Below, piece after piece: positions 31,593-41,831 of a stretch of 64,000 nucleotides of DNA. How positions within the stretch are numbered: the stretch's first letter is position 1; every line of letters begins with the position of its first letter. The stretch is from a virus: the IMG/VR virus record IMGVR_UViG_3300023184_009676, positions 33,276 through 97,275 of that record. One strand, given 5' to 3'. The position numbers and the translations under genes are program-made. Under the pieces are notes generated by a model, which worked only from the letters and a program-made list of their open reading frames with translations, did not search any database and had not been told where the DNA came from.

Positions 31593-32467
31593 GAATAAAT
31601 TTCCTCGCAGCTCATTTCACCAAAATCTTTGGCAGTCGGTAGAGCAATAGTGACTTGACTTTCGTCAAAATAATTTAAAAGTTTTTCTTTATATTCTAGT
31701 GATGCTTTGTTTCCAACAAAGCTGTTGTATTCGTCATTATTCAAAGAAATAATAATGCGTCCTGCGTCTAATCTCAAAAGATGTTGTATAATTTTGGCGC
31801 TAAGACTCACCCCAAAAGACACAAGAACGTTGTTTATTCCACACTCCATCATCTTTAAACAGTCTCCAATTGATTCAACCAGTATAACTGAGTTGGTCTT
31901 TTTGATTTCTTCCGAGGCGTTGGTGGGAAAAATGAAGTCTTTCTTCTGCCCAAGTATCTTCCATTTCGGCAAAGAGTCGTTATTTTGCAAAAGCCTTCCA
32001 GCAAAACCAATTAAATCCTCTCTGTCGCTAAAGATTGGAAATACATATCTGCCCTTCATCCTGCCATTTTGGGCTACTCCACCGCGAAATTGATTTAAGA
32101 TGTGGTCAGAAATGCCTCTTTTCTTCCAATATGAGTTATCTTTTAACAATTTAATTAAAAGTTCCTTATCAAACTTCTTAGTATCGCATAATTCTATGGA
32201 TTCTGAGTTACTTATAGATATCGGCAGGTCTCCAATGTAATTTTTAGTATCTCTTATAGAGGGCAAATTGAGGGTTTTTTGAACCAACTGTGCCAAACCA
32301 CCTCCAATTCGCTCTGCGTGGTCATACCATTGACCATTTGATTTTCTAATACAAAGGACAGTTGGGTTGTCTGAATCACGATACAGGGGTTTTGCCCTCC
32401 ATACATCTCCAGAATCAACCAGAGTGACATATCCAATGCTATTTAATACCGAAAGGACGTCGCTCAT
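31568..32467 (-). CDS. dnaG: DnaG-like DNA primase (TOPRIM)
   Basis: 'KRGIS', 'RYVFPIF...LIGFAGR', 'VILVESIGD', 'KDFGEM'; adjacent to DnaB. Confidence 0.85.
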   Translation of the reverse strand: MSDVLSVLNSIGYVTLVDSGDVWRAKPLYRDSDNPTVLCIRKSNGQWYDHAERIGGGLAQLVQKTLNLPSIRDTKNYIGDLPISISNSESIELCDTKKFDKELLIKLLKDNSYWKKRGISDHILNQFRGGVAQNGRMKGRYVFPIFSDREDLIGFAGRLLQNNDSLPKWKILGQKKDFIFPTNASEEIKKTNSVILVESIGDCLKMMECGINNVLVSFGVSLSAKIIQHLLRLDAGRIIISLNNDEYNSFVGNKASLEYKEKLLNYFDESQVTIALPTAKDFGEMSCEEIYSWKKQYLN

Positions 32468-33948
32468 AGCGTTTCCTCTCTGATTGTGGGTTGGTCAGCT
32501 ACCAAGAACTGAGAGTTTTGCCTATTGATTGTATCAAGTAGAGAGCCTCTTTCTTCTATTTTAAAGTTATTAATATTAAAATTAATAAAATTAGGCACAT
32601 ATTTCTGAGTTCCATCTGGGAAAGTCCTACGAATCAAGTTATTGTGTCCCGCAGCATTTCTTCCTTGATAACGCGCCTTGATTTCAATCAATTTATGCGT
32701 TCCACTTTCTGGAGTATCCATGACCATCTCATCTTCTGTTCTGCGACGGAAAATGCCCAAATAAGTTGTAAACCACATCAATCGGTCTGAAAGAGCGATG
32801 GCTGAACCGTCATCCGTGACATCCTGAGCTTTTTTATTTGTATTTTCTCCAGAACGATTCAATTGGATGGCCGTAAGCAAAGGAAAGTCAAATTCGACAG
32901 AAATTCTTTTAAGCTTGTCCACCTTTTCTCCTAAAGCCTGATGCTCCGCCCAGTTTTGGGCAAGCTTTTCTCCCGTCAATTTAAGATAGTCATAAACGAC
33001 AATAGCTTTATTACCCCTTCCAACGACGTTCAAATACCAACGACGAATGATGGAACAAACTTCATCGACGTTTTTATTGCCAACATAATAATGATAAGTT
33101 CTATAATCTTTCTTGAGATTCTTAAGGTGCTTCCTTACTTTTTCAACGTAATCAGGATTCTTTCTCCAATTACCGCTTTCAAGATACCAAAGGGGAACTC
33201 CTGAATTCGCTGCTGCGGTACGAAATTTAATTTCTTCAGTTGTCATTTCTGTGTCAAGGATAAGAACGGGGACCTTATTAATCCTTCCTGATTCATTTGC
33301 CCAGTCATTGAGGATAGTTGTTTTGCCTTGTCCTGCACGAGAAGCAATCGCATAGATATTTCCTCCGCGCAATCCACCATAGCAACGATTAAATTCGGGA
33401 TAAGGAGTAGTTAACCCGTTTTCTTCTTGAGGATTATTGCCTCTTTCTTCAACCATTTCTAGAATATCTTGAAAAAGATCGGCGGGTTTACCATCATTAT
33501 CAAAAGAGATGATCTTTTCTCCATAGATTGCGTCTACTTCTGAAATGGTAGTATTTAATTCTTGATTGGCGGATTTGTTGACATGATCTTTGATTCTATT
33601 GCAAGATTCTTCAATATCTCTCAACGCCCTGAGTTTAACAAGCTCTCTGCAAGCCTTAAGAGTTGCGTCCTTTGTGATTGATGCAAAGGAGATACTTTCT
33701 ACATAGGAGAAAATATCAATATTATCTTTGAATGAAATACCAAGGTTTTTAATCTTTTGAGCTAAGATAACCTTGTCAATTTTTTCATTTTGAAGAAATG
33801 AAGACCTGATGCAGCTATAAATTGTAGAATGTGGTTGAGCGACGAAGTCTTTTTCGGAGACGAAAGATTCTATTTCAGATATTGCATCTTGATTTTGAAT
33901 CAATCCTGCTAAAACGTGTTTTTCTATCTGTAATGAATGTAAAGGCAT
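32464..33948 (-). CDS. dnaB: Replicative DNA helicase DnaB
   Basis: Walker A 'ASRAGQGKTT', 'DTEM', 'YDYLKL', 'QLNR'. Start refined to ATG 33948 (MPLHSLQIEKHVLAGL) because the promoter lies at 33961-33989. Confidence 0.93.
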   Translation of the reverse strand: MPLHSLQIEKHVLAGLIQNQDAISEIESFVSEKDFVAQPHSTIYSCIRSSFLQNEKIDKVILAQKIKNLGISFKDNIDIFSYVESISFASITKDATLKACRELVKLRALRDIEESCNRIKDHVNKSANQELNTTISEVDAIYGEKIISFDNDGKPADLFQDILEMVEERGNNPQEENGLTTPYPEFNRCYGGLRGGNIYAIASRAGQGKTTILNDWANESGRINKVPVLILDTEMTTEEIKFRTAAANSGVPLWYLESGNWRKNPDYVEKVRKHLKNLKKDYRTYHYYVGNKNVDEVCSIIRRWYLNVVGRGNKAIVVYDYLKLTGEKLAQNWAEHQALGEKVDKLKRISVEFDFPLLTAIQLNRSGENTNKKAQDVTDDGSAIALSDRLMWFTTYLGIFRRRTEDEMVMDTPESGTHKLIEIKARYQGRNAAGHNNLIRRTFPDGTQKYVPNFINFNINNFKIEERGSLLDTINRQNSQFLVADQPTIREETL

Positions 33949-33960
33949 ACGATACTTTAT

Positions 33961-33989
33961 AGTATGCCCCAAAATTCGTTTTTAGTCAA
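33961..33989 (-). promoter_or_regulatory. sigma70-like promoter
   Basis: TTGACT-N17-CATACT. Confidence 0.6.
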
Positions 33990-33992
33990 GAT

Positions 33993-34295
33993 TTAAATTA
34001 CGTCTGAATCGTCTTCACCAGATTCAGCTTCTTCATCTCTTACGGATGTTTCAATATTGAATCTTGCGCTTTCGATATTCATGTCGTTTAAAGCCACTGC
34101 CCAATCTGTTATATGCTTTTGCAAAGCTAAACAATGCGCAGGGGAATCAAACGTCATTATATTTTCTGGTTGGCCATCTTCATTATTAAAATAAAATAAA
34201 ATAAACCCTCCAGCCGTATGCTCAACCAATTGATTGATTATCTGGTCTGGAACCGACCCATTGTTTTTACTTTTTTGCTTCGACATCTTACTCAT
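33993..34295 (-). CDS. Hypothetical protein with acidic C-terminus
   Basis: 100 aa ORF; GTGTAA lies 2 nt upstream of the ATG (34298-34303). Confidence 0.6.
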   Translation of the reverse strand: MSKMSKQKSKNNGSVPDQIINQLVEHTAGGFILFYFNNEDGQPENIMTFDSPAHCLALQKHITDWAVALNDMNIESARFNIETSVRDEEAESGEDDSDVI

Positions 34296-34364
34296 AATTA
34301 CACACTTATATCCATCAAGTATATAATATTAATATTAATGACTAATATTTAGAAAATAAATTGG

Positions 34365-34778
34365 TCAGAGTGTAATATTGAATCTCTCAACGAAAAAAGT
34401 TACAGATAATTCCTTAATTTCTTTTGTATAAATGATAACCTGTTGGAATTTATTATCCAATAACCATTTGGATTTTATTTCATCATTTTTTATTCCTTTT
34501 AGAAACGCAGCGCGGGAATTATTATGAAAATAATGAAAGTCTTCATGTTGGGGACCATGAACTTCAATTGCTATTTTTCTTGTGGCATTTAAAATATCGA
34601 CTTTTAATAAACTTCCATAAACAGGGAACTCTTCATAAACAATATTATTTTTCCAATAAGGATATAAAAATTTTTTTACATCTGCTTGGGCAATGGAGCG
34701 AGACTTCTTATCCCACTCGATAAGAAATCTCGTTACATTTTTATTCGTCAATTTACCGTTTATACTTAAAAGTCTCAT
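34365..34778 (-). CDS. DUF559/Vsr-like PD-(D/E)XK endonuclease
   Basis: 'EEFPV...LKVDIL...IAIEVHGPQH...KNDEIKSKW' pattern. Confidence 0.7.
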   Translation of the reverse strand: MRLLSINGKLTNKNVTRFLIEWDKKSRSIAQADVKKFLYPYWKNNIVYEEFPVYGSLLKVDILNATRKIAIEVHGPQHEDFHYFHNNSRAAFLKGIKNDEIKSKWLLDNKFQQVIIYTKEIKELSVTFFVERFNITL

Positions 34779-35869
34779 GCTTTGTTTAACGCATTTCTAA
34801 ATTTATTAAAAAGATAGTCTCTAATATCGGTATGCTCTTCCAAGTACTTCCTTAGATTATCTGAGCCTTGGTGCTGCTTATCCATATCTAATTTATTTTC
34901 TTTTAATTCGGTCAATAAAGAGTCAGAAATTGTTACCCATGCGCCTTTGGCAAGCGCAAACTGCCAAGACAAAAGCTGGTCAATGATTTCATATTCAATC
35001 CAGATACTTTGTCCATCCTTGCGACCATATTTAATTGGATACTTTACTTCTGTTCCAGTCTTTTCGTTTGGGGTCTTGCGGAACATTATTTTACACCAGT
35101 GACCAACGGGCTTCTCTTCCTTATCTTTAATGATATCTTTTTGCCATCTCTGCTGAAATTCAAGAATCCAATCGCTGTAATGCAAAGCGGCATTTCCTCC
35201 TGAAGCATTTGTAACCTTTGGGTCACCCTTGACATATTGGCTAATCTGAATAGATGAGCGAACTTGAGAAATTAGGAAACAAATGTGCCCTCTGCTTGAG
35301 AAAGCTGCCGCCATCTTCCTGAGAAGGTCTGCCGTCAACAACGCTGCTCCAGCAGTTTTATTTGCTTCGGTTGCAGACTTGAGCAAGTCGTTTCTAGGAA
35401 CAAGAGCATCAAGAGAGTCAAGGATAAAGAAATAATACTTATCGTCTTCCTTATCTCTAATGAGGCCCCTCATTAAATCAATTACAAATTCATAATCATT
35501 AGTGGGGATTACTCTCCATTGATTGGGGTCAGTAGATACTCCTGACCTACAGATGATGTCTGCGCTTAATCTTCCCTCTGATTTGATATAAATTACTTGC
35601 CCCTTCTTTGGATGAAGTTTTTGAAAACTCGCTGCAAAAGCCATTGCATTGCTTGTTTTGCCACCCTCTGTAATTCCACTAGAGCGCACGATTCCTGGAC
35701 GAATCCCGCCTCCCATTTCAATATCTAAATTGAGACTGCCGCTGCTGACGACATAATCTACTGCTTCGTCAAAAGCATAATGATATTCAGAATTATCCTT
35801 GAGATACTTATCTAAGACCGTCATTTGCTTGTTATCGGGTTCTTCTTTTTGTTCTTTGATTTTTGCCAT
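34775..35869 (-). CDS. recA: RecA/UvsX-like recombinase
   Basis: 'SSGSLNLDIEMGGG', Walker A 'GITEGGKTS', 'LDSLDAL', 'ISQVR', 'SGGNAALHYSD', 'GAW'. Confidence 0.92.
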   Translation of the reverse strand: MAKIKEQKEEPDNKQMTVLDKYLKDNSEYHYAFDEAVDYVVSSGSLNLDIEMGGGIRPGIVRSSGITEGGKTSNAMAFAASFQKLHPKKGQVIYIKSEGRLSADIICRSGVSTDPNQWRVIPTNDYEFVIDLMRGLIRDKEDDKYYFFILDSLDALVPRNDLLKSATEANKTAGAALLTADLLRKMAAAFSSRGHICFLISQVRSSIQISQYVKGDPKVTNASGGNAALHYSDWILEFQQRWQKDIIKDKEEKPVGHWCKIMFRKTPNEKTGTEVKYPIKYGRKDGQSIWIEYEIIDQLLSWQFALAKGAWVTISDSLLTELKENKLDMDKQHQGSDNLRKYLEEHTDIRDYLFNKFRNALNKA

Positions 35870-35873
35870 AATG

Positions 35874-36263
35874 TTATTTATATAAATTTAAAAAGTCTTT
35901 TAGGGATTTGGGTTGTTTTTTAAAAACAGTGTCTTCTCCTATCTTATTTTGAGATAGCATTATCTCCTGATATTTAGGAGAAAAATCTGAAATAGATTTC
36001 TTATAATTAAAAAACTGTTCTTGTAAATACTGCTGACCATAATCCGCAATAAAATAAGCAAGAGATGGGATTTTTTTATTATACGGAGGGATAACCCAAA
36101 GAAGAAAATCTGGATTATACTTTTTGCAAAGAGTATTTGCAATCTTCATTTCCCTCGGCCAGAAATACTTTTCAGAAAAACTAGCGGGGTCAACGAATTT
36201 AGAAATGATTTTGTGCTGAATCTTTGGCTCTTTTTTAAGAGGTTTTTCTTGAATTAATTTCAT
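35874..36263 (-). CDS. Hypothetical protein
   Basis: 129 aa, packed between gmd and recA. Confidence 0.55.
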   Translation of the reverse strand: MKLIQEKPLKKEPKIQHKIISKFVDPASFSEKYFWPREMKIANTLCKKYNPDFLLWVIPPYNKKIPSLAYFIADYGQQYLQEQFFNYKKSISDFSPKYQEIMLSQNKIGEDTVFKKQPKSLKDFLNLYK

Positions 36264-37308
36264 TGATGTCTGATAGTACCATACGTTCTACCAGTTTGTC
36301 AAATGAAATCTTTGGGTTCCAGCCAAGCTCAGTTCTTGCGAGCGTCGAATCTCCAAGAAGAATATCAACTTCAGCAGGGCGATAAAATTTTGGATTAATT
36401 TTGACCAAAACAGAGCCTTTGACATTCAAATCTTCCGCCAATTTATTTGTGATTGAATATTCTTCGTTCAACCCCTTTCCGTGCCATGCTCCATCAATTC
36501 CAGCGACTTTAAATGCTTTTTCAATAAATTCTCTAATAGAATGTGTTTCATTAGAAGAAAGAATATATTCCTTGGGTTTTTCTTGATTCATCATTAACCA
36601 TACGCCTTCAATAAAGTCTTCTGCATGAGACCAGTCACGTTGCGCATCAATGTTTCCAAGTTCAAGCGGGGCAAATTCTTGATTATTATCTATTGCATTT
36701 TTAATTCTTGCCGCATTAGTGGTAATTTTTCTTGTAACAAACTCAATGCCACGCCTTTCACTTTCGTGATTATACAAAATACAATGCACGGCATATAAAT
36801 TATAAGAGTCTCGGTAGACCTTTGTTAAATGTCTTGCCGCAGCTTTTGCTGCTCCATATGGGCTTCTTGGGCGAATGGGGTGACTGAGGTCTTGGGGAGT
36901 ATAAATTACGTCTCCCATTTCTTCTGAGCTTCCTGCGCTATAAAAACGGCAATTTGGCGCAAATTTTCGTATTGCTTCTAGGCACCTAAGTACTCCCATT
37001 GCACCTGCATCAAAAGTTTGTTCTGGAATTTGCCAACTGATTCCTACAAAAGATTGAGAGGCAAAATTAATAAAATAATCTGGATTAACTTCTCTAACAA
37101 CGTTCTCTATTGATTGAGAATCGCACAAATCTCCTGTAATTAATTGAAACCTGGGATTTTTTAATGCATTTTCTATATTTGAATAATCTGGTTTAGCGGA
37201 TCTTCTGACCATTCCATAAATCTGATGGGGGGTGTGTTCCAGTAGATAATCTACCATATAAGACCCATCTTGACCAGTTACCCCAGTAATAATTATTCTT
37301 TTTTCCAT
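36235..37308 (-). CDS. gmd: GDP-mannose 4,6-dehydratase
   Basis: ITGVTGQDGSY, AQSFV-like 'SQSFV', SPYGAAK, NHESERRG.EFVTRKIT, LGNIDAQRDW, RPAEVDILLGD. Confidence 0.97.
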   Translation of the reverse strand: MEKRIIITGVTGQDGSYMVDYLLEHTPHQIYGMVRRSAKPDYSNIENALKNPRFQLITGDLCDSQSIENVVREVNPDYFINFASQSFVGISWQIPEQTFDAGAMGVLRCLEAIRKFAPNCRFYSAGSSEEMGDVIYTPQDLSHPIRPRSPYGAAKAAARHLTKVYRDSYNLYAVHCILYNHESERRGIEFVTRKITTNAARIKNAIDNNQEFAPLELGNIDAQRDWSHAEDFIEGVWLMMNQEKPKEYILSSNETHSIREFIEKAFKVAGIDGAWHGKGLNEEYSITNKLAEDLNVKGSVLVKINPKFYRPAEVDILLGDSTLARTELGWNPKISFDKLVERMVLSDINEINSRKTS

Positions 37309-37340
37309 ATTGTTTTGTTCATCTATAATACCGTTCTATA

Positions 37341-38183
37341 TTAGATGTATTTTAAAATTTTTTCTACTTTCGCCGTCCACTTCATTGTTTCAATGTCTCT
37401 AACGATTGGTTCTGAGTGCTTCATCGCTGCGTTGACGGAAGATATCAAGGATTTCTCTAAGTCAAAGAGGTCGTAAGTGTATATCCCAGCTTTCGGGGAA
37501 TTATAGGCTAAAAGAGTCGGCCTTTCCATACTTACCATAGGCGTCTCACAAGCATATCCCTCGAAGAACCTTTGACCGAGCATATCCTCTTCCATCGGTG
37601 AGATGTCTAAGAAGCACCTTGACTGCGCGGCAGCAGTCCTTATACCGTCGAAATACGTATGTGGGGAATGTAGGTTGAAATTTTCTTCGACAATCTTTAG
37701 GATTTCTCTCCTAATGCCTTGCGTTTTTCTACCACCGACAAAGCATACGTCATATTTTTTATCGAGGTTTTCTTTGTAAAAAATTTCTTCATCACATCCC
37801 ATAGCAATGAAAATGACCTTTTTGTCCATTTTTCTCCACCAGTGATACCCGTATTCAAACGCATCAAATACGATGGATACATGATTGGCGACATCCATCC
37901 ACCATCCTAGACGGGTATCGAACCCTTGCTTAAATAACTCAAGCCCGTTTTGGTAACAGTCGATTGAATAGATTGCTGTTTTTTCTTTTGGAGTATTGAT
38001 TTGGTAGCAATGCGCCGAATCGACGAACAAATATTTATCAGCCACTACGGACGCCGCATCGTGAGGATGAGCGAATACGACTTTAAGCCCAAGTTTTCTA
38101 AATGCCTTTAGGATTAGATGCCCCGTGGTCCATGGACAATCTGGAATAAATGATACACAGAAAGTTCTGTTATCTTGAATCAT
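37341..38183 (-). CDS. Glycosyltransferase (CgeB/Glyco_trans_1_2-like)
   Basis: 'MGCDEEIFY...KKYDVCFVG...RFFEGYAC'. Confidence 0.7.
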   Translation of the reverse strand: MIQDNRTFCVSFIPDCPWTTGHLILKAFRKLGLKVVFAHPHDAASVVADKYLFVDSAHCYQINTPKEKTAIYSIDCYQNGLELFKQGFDTRLGWWMDVANHVSIVFDAFEYGYHWWRKMDKKVIFIAMGCDEEIFYKENLDKKYDVCFVGGRKTQGIRREILKIVEENFNLHSPHTYFDGIRTAAAQSRCFLDISPMEEDMLGQRFFEGYACETPMVSMERPTLLAYNSPKAGIYTYDLFDLEKSLISSVNAAMKHSEPIVRDIETMKWTAKVEKILKYI

Positions 38184-39331
38184 CAGATGAACTCCTTATG
38201 GTCGATGTTCTGCGGAGTCCTTGCCTCGACTTCTCGTAAGAACTGCTCCTTGTCTTCTGCCTTATGATAATCCGAGTATAGCTCCCAGAGAATCTTGTTG
38301 CTTTCGTGGGGCTTACATAGTTGAGTGCAAAAGGCAAACTTCTCTTTTTCTTCAATCAATTTCATCACTTCAAGCTTCAGACCTACATCGTTCCAGATGT
38401 CAATGAATGATTTTTCGTAAATGGAGCCGTAGCTATATTGTTTATGTCCACGATGATTCGTGCAGACGTAAACTAGCCCATCTGCTCCGATACATGGAGA
38501 GACTTGTGAGCCAAGGCACTTTTCGTATTTGCGCCCATATTTCTTTGGATCATCAATTAGGTCATCCAGCTTATATGTATTAGCTTGATACTTGCTGCCG
38601 AGAATAATGCTCGCTTCCTGAAGAATGTCTTTGGCGACTTTCCAAAAATCAGTATTCCTTTGAATACCAGACTCCCTTTCGATATTAACAATTTCTGGTT
38701 TGAACTGGCAATAAGTAATATCCATATCTTTGAAGAGATTGGCGAATGGGATTACTTCATTTACGTTTTCTGGGGTAACCACAAATCCAACTCCGACATT
38801 AATTCGATTGCCATGCGCTTTATTCGCAGCAATCATCTTTTGGATATTGGACATTACCTTATCCCAATCACACGATGACCTAGTGTGGCGAATTCGATTG
38901 TATGTGTCTGGAAGGCCAGCGTCTATAGAAAATCTCATCCAAGAGAAGTATTGCGCGATTACATCGAAAAGGTCGAACTTATCCAACAGGCTTCCGTTCG
39001 TGAACATGCCCATCTTTATAGAACCTTCTTCTCCGATTTTTATGATAGCCTTCTTTAAGTGCGGATTTACAGTTGGCTCCCCGCCCCCCGTCCAATTAAT
39101 AGCCTTCGCTTTAATTTTGATGAGTTCATCACATAATTTCAACAAGGCGGCTTCTGATAGAATTTGTTTCCCCGCGTGAACGTGTGAAGCTAGACAAAAA
39201 TTACAAGCATGATTGCATACGTTACTTGGGTCAATCTCCACCAGAATCGGCGGAGAGATATTCGCCTTTAACAACTGTTTAACGTAGTCGAAATTGGCTA
39301 GGATTTTATCCTGTGGCGAAAAGATATTCAT
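38183..39331 (-). CDS. Radical SAM protein with SPASM/twitch-like domain
   Basis: CNHACNFC, TGGGEPT, FTNG, RFSIDAG; C-terminal 'KC....IGADGLVYVC...YGSI...CTQLC'. Start refined to ATG 39331. Confidence 0.93.
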   Translation of the reverse strand: MNIFSPQDKILANFDYVKQLLKANISPPILVEIDPSNVCNHACNFCLASHVHAGKQILSEAALLKLCDELIKIKAKAINWTGGGEPTVNPHLKKAIIKIGEEGSIKMGMFTNGSLLDKFDLFDVIAQYFSWMRFSIDAGLPDTYNRIRHTRSSCDWDKVMSNIQKMIAANKAHGNRINVGVGFVVTPENVNEVIPFANLFKDMDITYCQFKPEIVNIERESGIQRNTDFWKVAKDILQEASIILGSKYQANTYKLDDLIDDPKKYGRKYEKCLGSQVSPCIGADGLVYVCTNHRGHKQYSYGSIYEKSFIDIWNDVGLKLEVMKLIEEKEKFAFCTQLCKPHESNKILWELYSDYHKAEDKEQFLREVEARTPQNIDHKEFI

Positions 39332-39346
39332 TAGTTTTTTTCTCCA

Positions 39347-39374
39347 AAAATACAAAAGGAGTTATTTATGTCAA
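39347..39374 (-). promoter_or_regulatory. sigma70-like promoter of the radical SAM/GT pair
   Basis: TTGACA-N16-TATTTT. Confidence 0.4.
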
Positions 39375-39473
39375 CTTGGGAATTAAAGATTTTTTGGTAT
39401 CCGGCTCTATCACGTAATCCTTTATGATGAACGGGGAAAAGATATTGCTGTATAGACTTTGTAATTTTCTTAC

Positions 39474-40286
39474 TCATAGTTCATTATAAATCTGTTTGAT
39501 GCCATTTGTCAAGCTTATTTTTGGATTCCAGATATTTAAAATATATTTATCTGGGTCATTCTTTTTATTCATTTGAATGTCGTATGAGTCTCCAATAGAA
39601 ATTGATGCACCAGATATTGAAGAGATTAATTTAGCTATATCAATGATCTTTGTCCATTCAAAGTTTGTAATATGAAGATTTTCATTTCTGGGAATTTCTT
39701 GGTATTTATTCATTAAAATTTCAAGACATTCTGAGCAGTCGTCTGCGTGTAAAAATTGCCTCTCTTCTTCTCCAGAGGTTTTTATGGCGATATGACCCTT
39801 GTTTTTTGCTGCTTTTATAAAATCAGTGATTACATGGAACTTCTTTTCATCTGTCTCTAATCCGTAAACATTCCAAAATTTAACAAGCAATCCACCAAGA
39901 GTTTGAGTATACTTCTCTCCTATAGACTTTAATAATCCATAATTTGAATAACTCATATTTGCCATTTGACTAGAAGCAAACAAAAATGGGGTCTTGTATT
40001 TTTCTAAAGACTCGAAAGTATAAAGCATAAGCTTCATATTATTATCCATAAATTCTTTGGTATCTTGATATTTCTTCAAATATGTTGAGCCGCCAACATC
40101 AAAAGACAGGAAAAATACAAAATCTATATTAGGTAAGATAGAATCTAAGACAAATCTATTTCTTAAGTCTTCTTCTAAAGAGTTTTCTATATCAAATCCA
40201 ATGATATTATATCCTTTTTGAGATAAATAGTTTTTGAGGGAATGTCCTATTTGACCGCTAGAACCAAGTATTAAAATATTTTTCAT
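39474..40286 (-). CDS. NAD-dependent epimerase/dehydratase (extended SDR)
   Basis: GSSGQIG, ASS, YGLLK, NVYG, RQFLHADD. Confidence 0.9.
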   Translation of the reverse strand: MKNILILGSSGQIGHSLKNYLSQKGYNIIGFDIENSLEEDLRNRFVLDSILPNIDFVFFLSFDVGGSTYLKKYQDTKEFMDNNMKLMLYTFESLEKYKTPFLFASSQMANMSYSNYGLLKSIGEKYTQTLGGLLVKFWNVYGLETDEKKFHVITDFIKAAKNKGHIAIKTSGEEERQFLHADDCSECLEILMNKYQEIPRNENLHITNFEWTKIIDIAKLISSISGASISIGDSYDIQMNKKNDPDKYILNIWNPKISLTNGIKQIYNEL

Positions 40287-40287
40287 T

Positions 40288-41118
40288 TTATGCGTGTTTT
40301 AAAAAACAATTTTCGTATAGCCATTTATCGGGCGAAGCGAATTTTTCAAATTTATCAAAATTTTCTTCAATTACTTGCTTTTTGTTATTATAGTCTTCTA
40401 CGCTAATTTTTGCCAGTATTTGTTTCAGGTCTTCTATTGTTTCCCAAGTATAAAATCCATCTTTATTAAAATGATTTGACATATTTGGGTCTCCCCAATA
40501 AATAGGAATACATCCCGAAGCAAAACAATCAATAATTTTATCTGTAAAATAATTGGGAAATCTACAGTTTTCCGCAACTATCATATACATATAGTCTTTA
40601 AATGGCGCCACTCTTCCATCTGGCTCATCGCTAAACCATTTGTAACCACTTCCCCAAAGTTCAAGTTCGGGGTGCAAATTCATGGATATCAATTTGTGGC
40701 GAAGCTGATGTCCTGGAGCATAATTTTTATTTGATGCAACAATTGATAATAATTTGCTCTTGGGATAGATTTTGCAATTTTGCTTTGGTATCCAACAAGC
40801 GCCACCGCAATAAGCTTGTTTATATTTTGGATTATTTGGGATTGGAGTGTAAGTATAAATATAATCAAATTTATGTTCTATTTGATGAATATGATTGATT
40901 ACATACGGTTTTATTATTGGGCTTTCTGCTGCTAGTGCAATTTTGTATTTTGATTTAACTTTGTCTACAATTGGGTCAAAACACATTTCATCTGTAAATA
41001 AAGATATGCCGTCAAATTCCATTAGCGGGGGCTTGATATATTCTACCAAAGGCTCTGGCCAATGCATATTAATATAAGGTCCATCTCCAGTATTCTTGTC
41101 AAAAAAATTAATTTTCAT
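40288..41118 (-). CDS. Glycosyltransferase family 10-like (alpha-1,3-fucosyltransferase-like)
   Basis: 'YMYMIVAENCRFPNYFTDKIIDCFASGCIPIYWG' matches the GT10 motif. Confidence 0.8.
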   Translation of the reverse strand: MKINFFDKNTGDGPYINMHWPEPLVEYIKPPLMEFDGISLFTDEMCFDPIVDKVKSKYKIALAAESPIIKPYVINHIHQIEHKFDYIYTYTPIPNNPKYKQAYCGGACWIPKQNCKIYPKSKLLSIVASNKNYAPGHQLRHKLISMNLHPELELWGSGYKWFSDEPDGRVAPFKDYMYMIVAENCRFPNYFTDKIIDCFASGCIPIYWGDPNMSNHFNKDGFYTWETIEDLKQILAKISVEDYNNKKQVIEENFDKFEKFASPDKWLYENCFLKHA

Positions 41119-41831
41119 ATATTTTTTTTGTGTTCGTCTATCTTTTTCTCCAATTCTGTTTCTGTATAGTCTTGAAAATGCTGAAAACCTCGTGGGGACA
41201 TTTGGCGACCCAGATAATTAATTATTGCTTCTGGATTATTTGAAATATCATGGATATGAGAATATACGCATTCGTTTGCTTTGGCCGTTATATATCCTTT
41301 TGTTGCGGCTCTGTATGCAAGCTCTCTTTCGCAGCCAAGTGGGGAAGCAATTTCATCATAAACATAATCTCCGCAATCTTTTATCATTTTAGATTTTAAA
41401 CCCAAAACAAATCCCTGCGGTATTGATATTATGTCGTTTGGTTTTCCTCCCATTCCTACGCATGAAATTCCTATATTATCTGGTATAAGTGTCTCAACTA
41501 AAGACTTATATGTCGCTGGATGAACTGCGCAATCGTCACTCAACATTATTAAATATTTTGACCAAGAAATTTTGTATGCTAGATTTATAGCTTTTGCAAA
41601 TCCCATATTTTGACTGGAAAAAATAAATCTTGTTATTCTTGGCTCATTTTTTGCATATTCTAATATTTTCCAACTTTCTTCTGAGTAAAAATTTATAATT
41701 AAAATAAATTCATCGGGTGGGAATCCGCTATATGCTTCCTCGACTCTTTTTTTGATATTATCTAAAGATTTATAGCCTATCGTTAGTATTGCATAATTAT
41801 TTTTATTATCCATAGAGTTCCTTATAGTCAT
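41115..41831 (-). CDS. Glycosyltransferase family 2
   Basis: 'QNMGFAKAINLA...YLIMLSDD'. Confidence 0.75.
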   Translation of the reverse strand: MTIRNSMDNKNNYAILTIGYKSLDNIKKRVEEAYSGFPPDEFILIINFYSEESWKILEYAKNEPRITRFIFSSQNMGFAKAINLAYKISWSKYLIMLSDDCAVHPATYKSLVETLIPDNIGISCVGMGGKPNDIISIPQGFVLGLKSKMIKDCGDYVYDEIASPLGCERELAYRAATKGYITAKANECVYSHIHDISNNPEAIINYLGRQMSPRGFQHFQDYTETELEKKIDEHKKNI

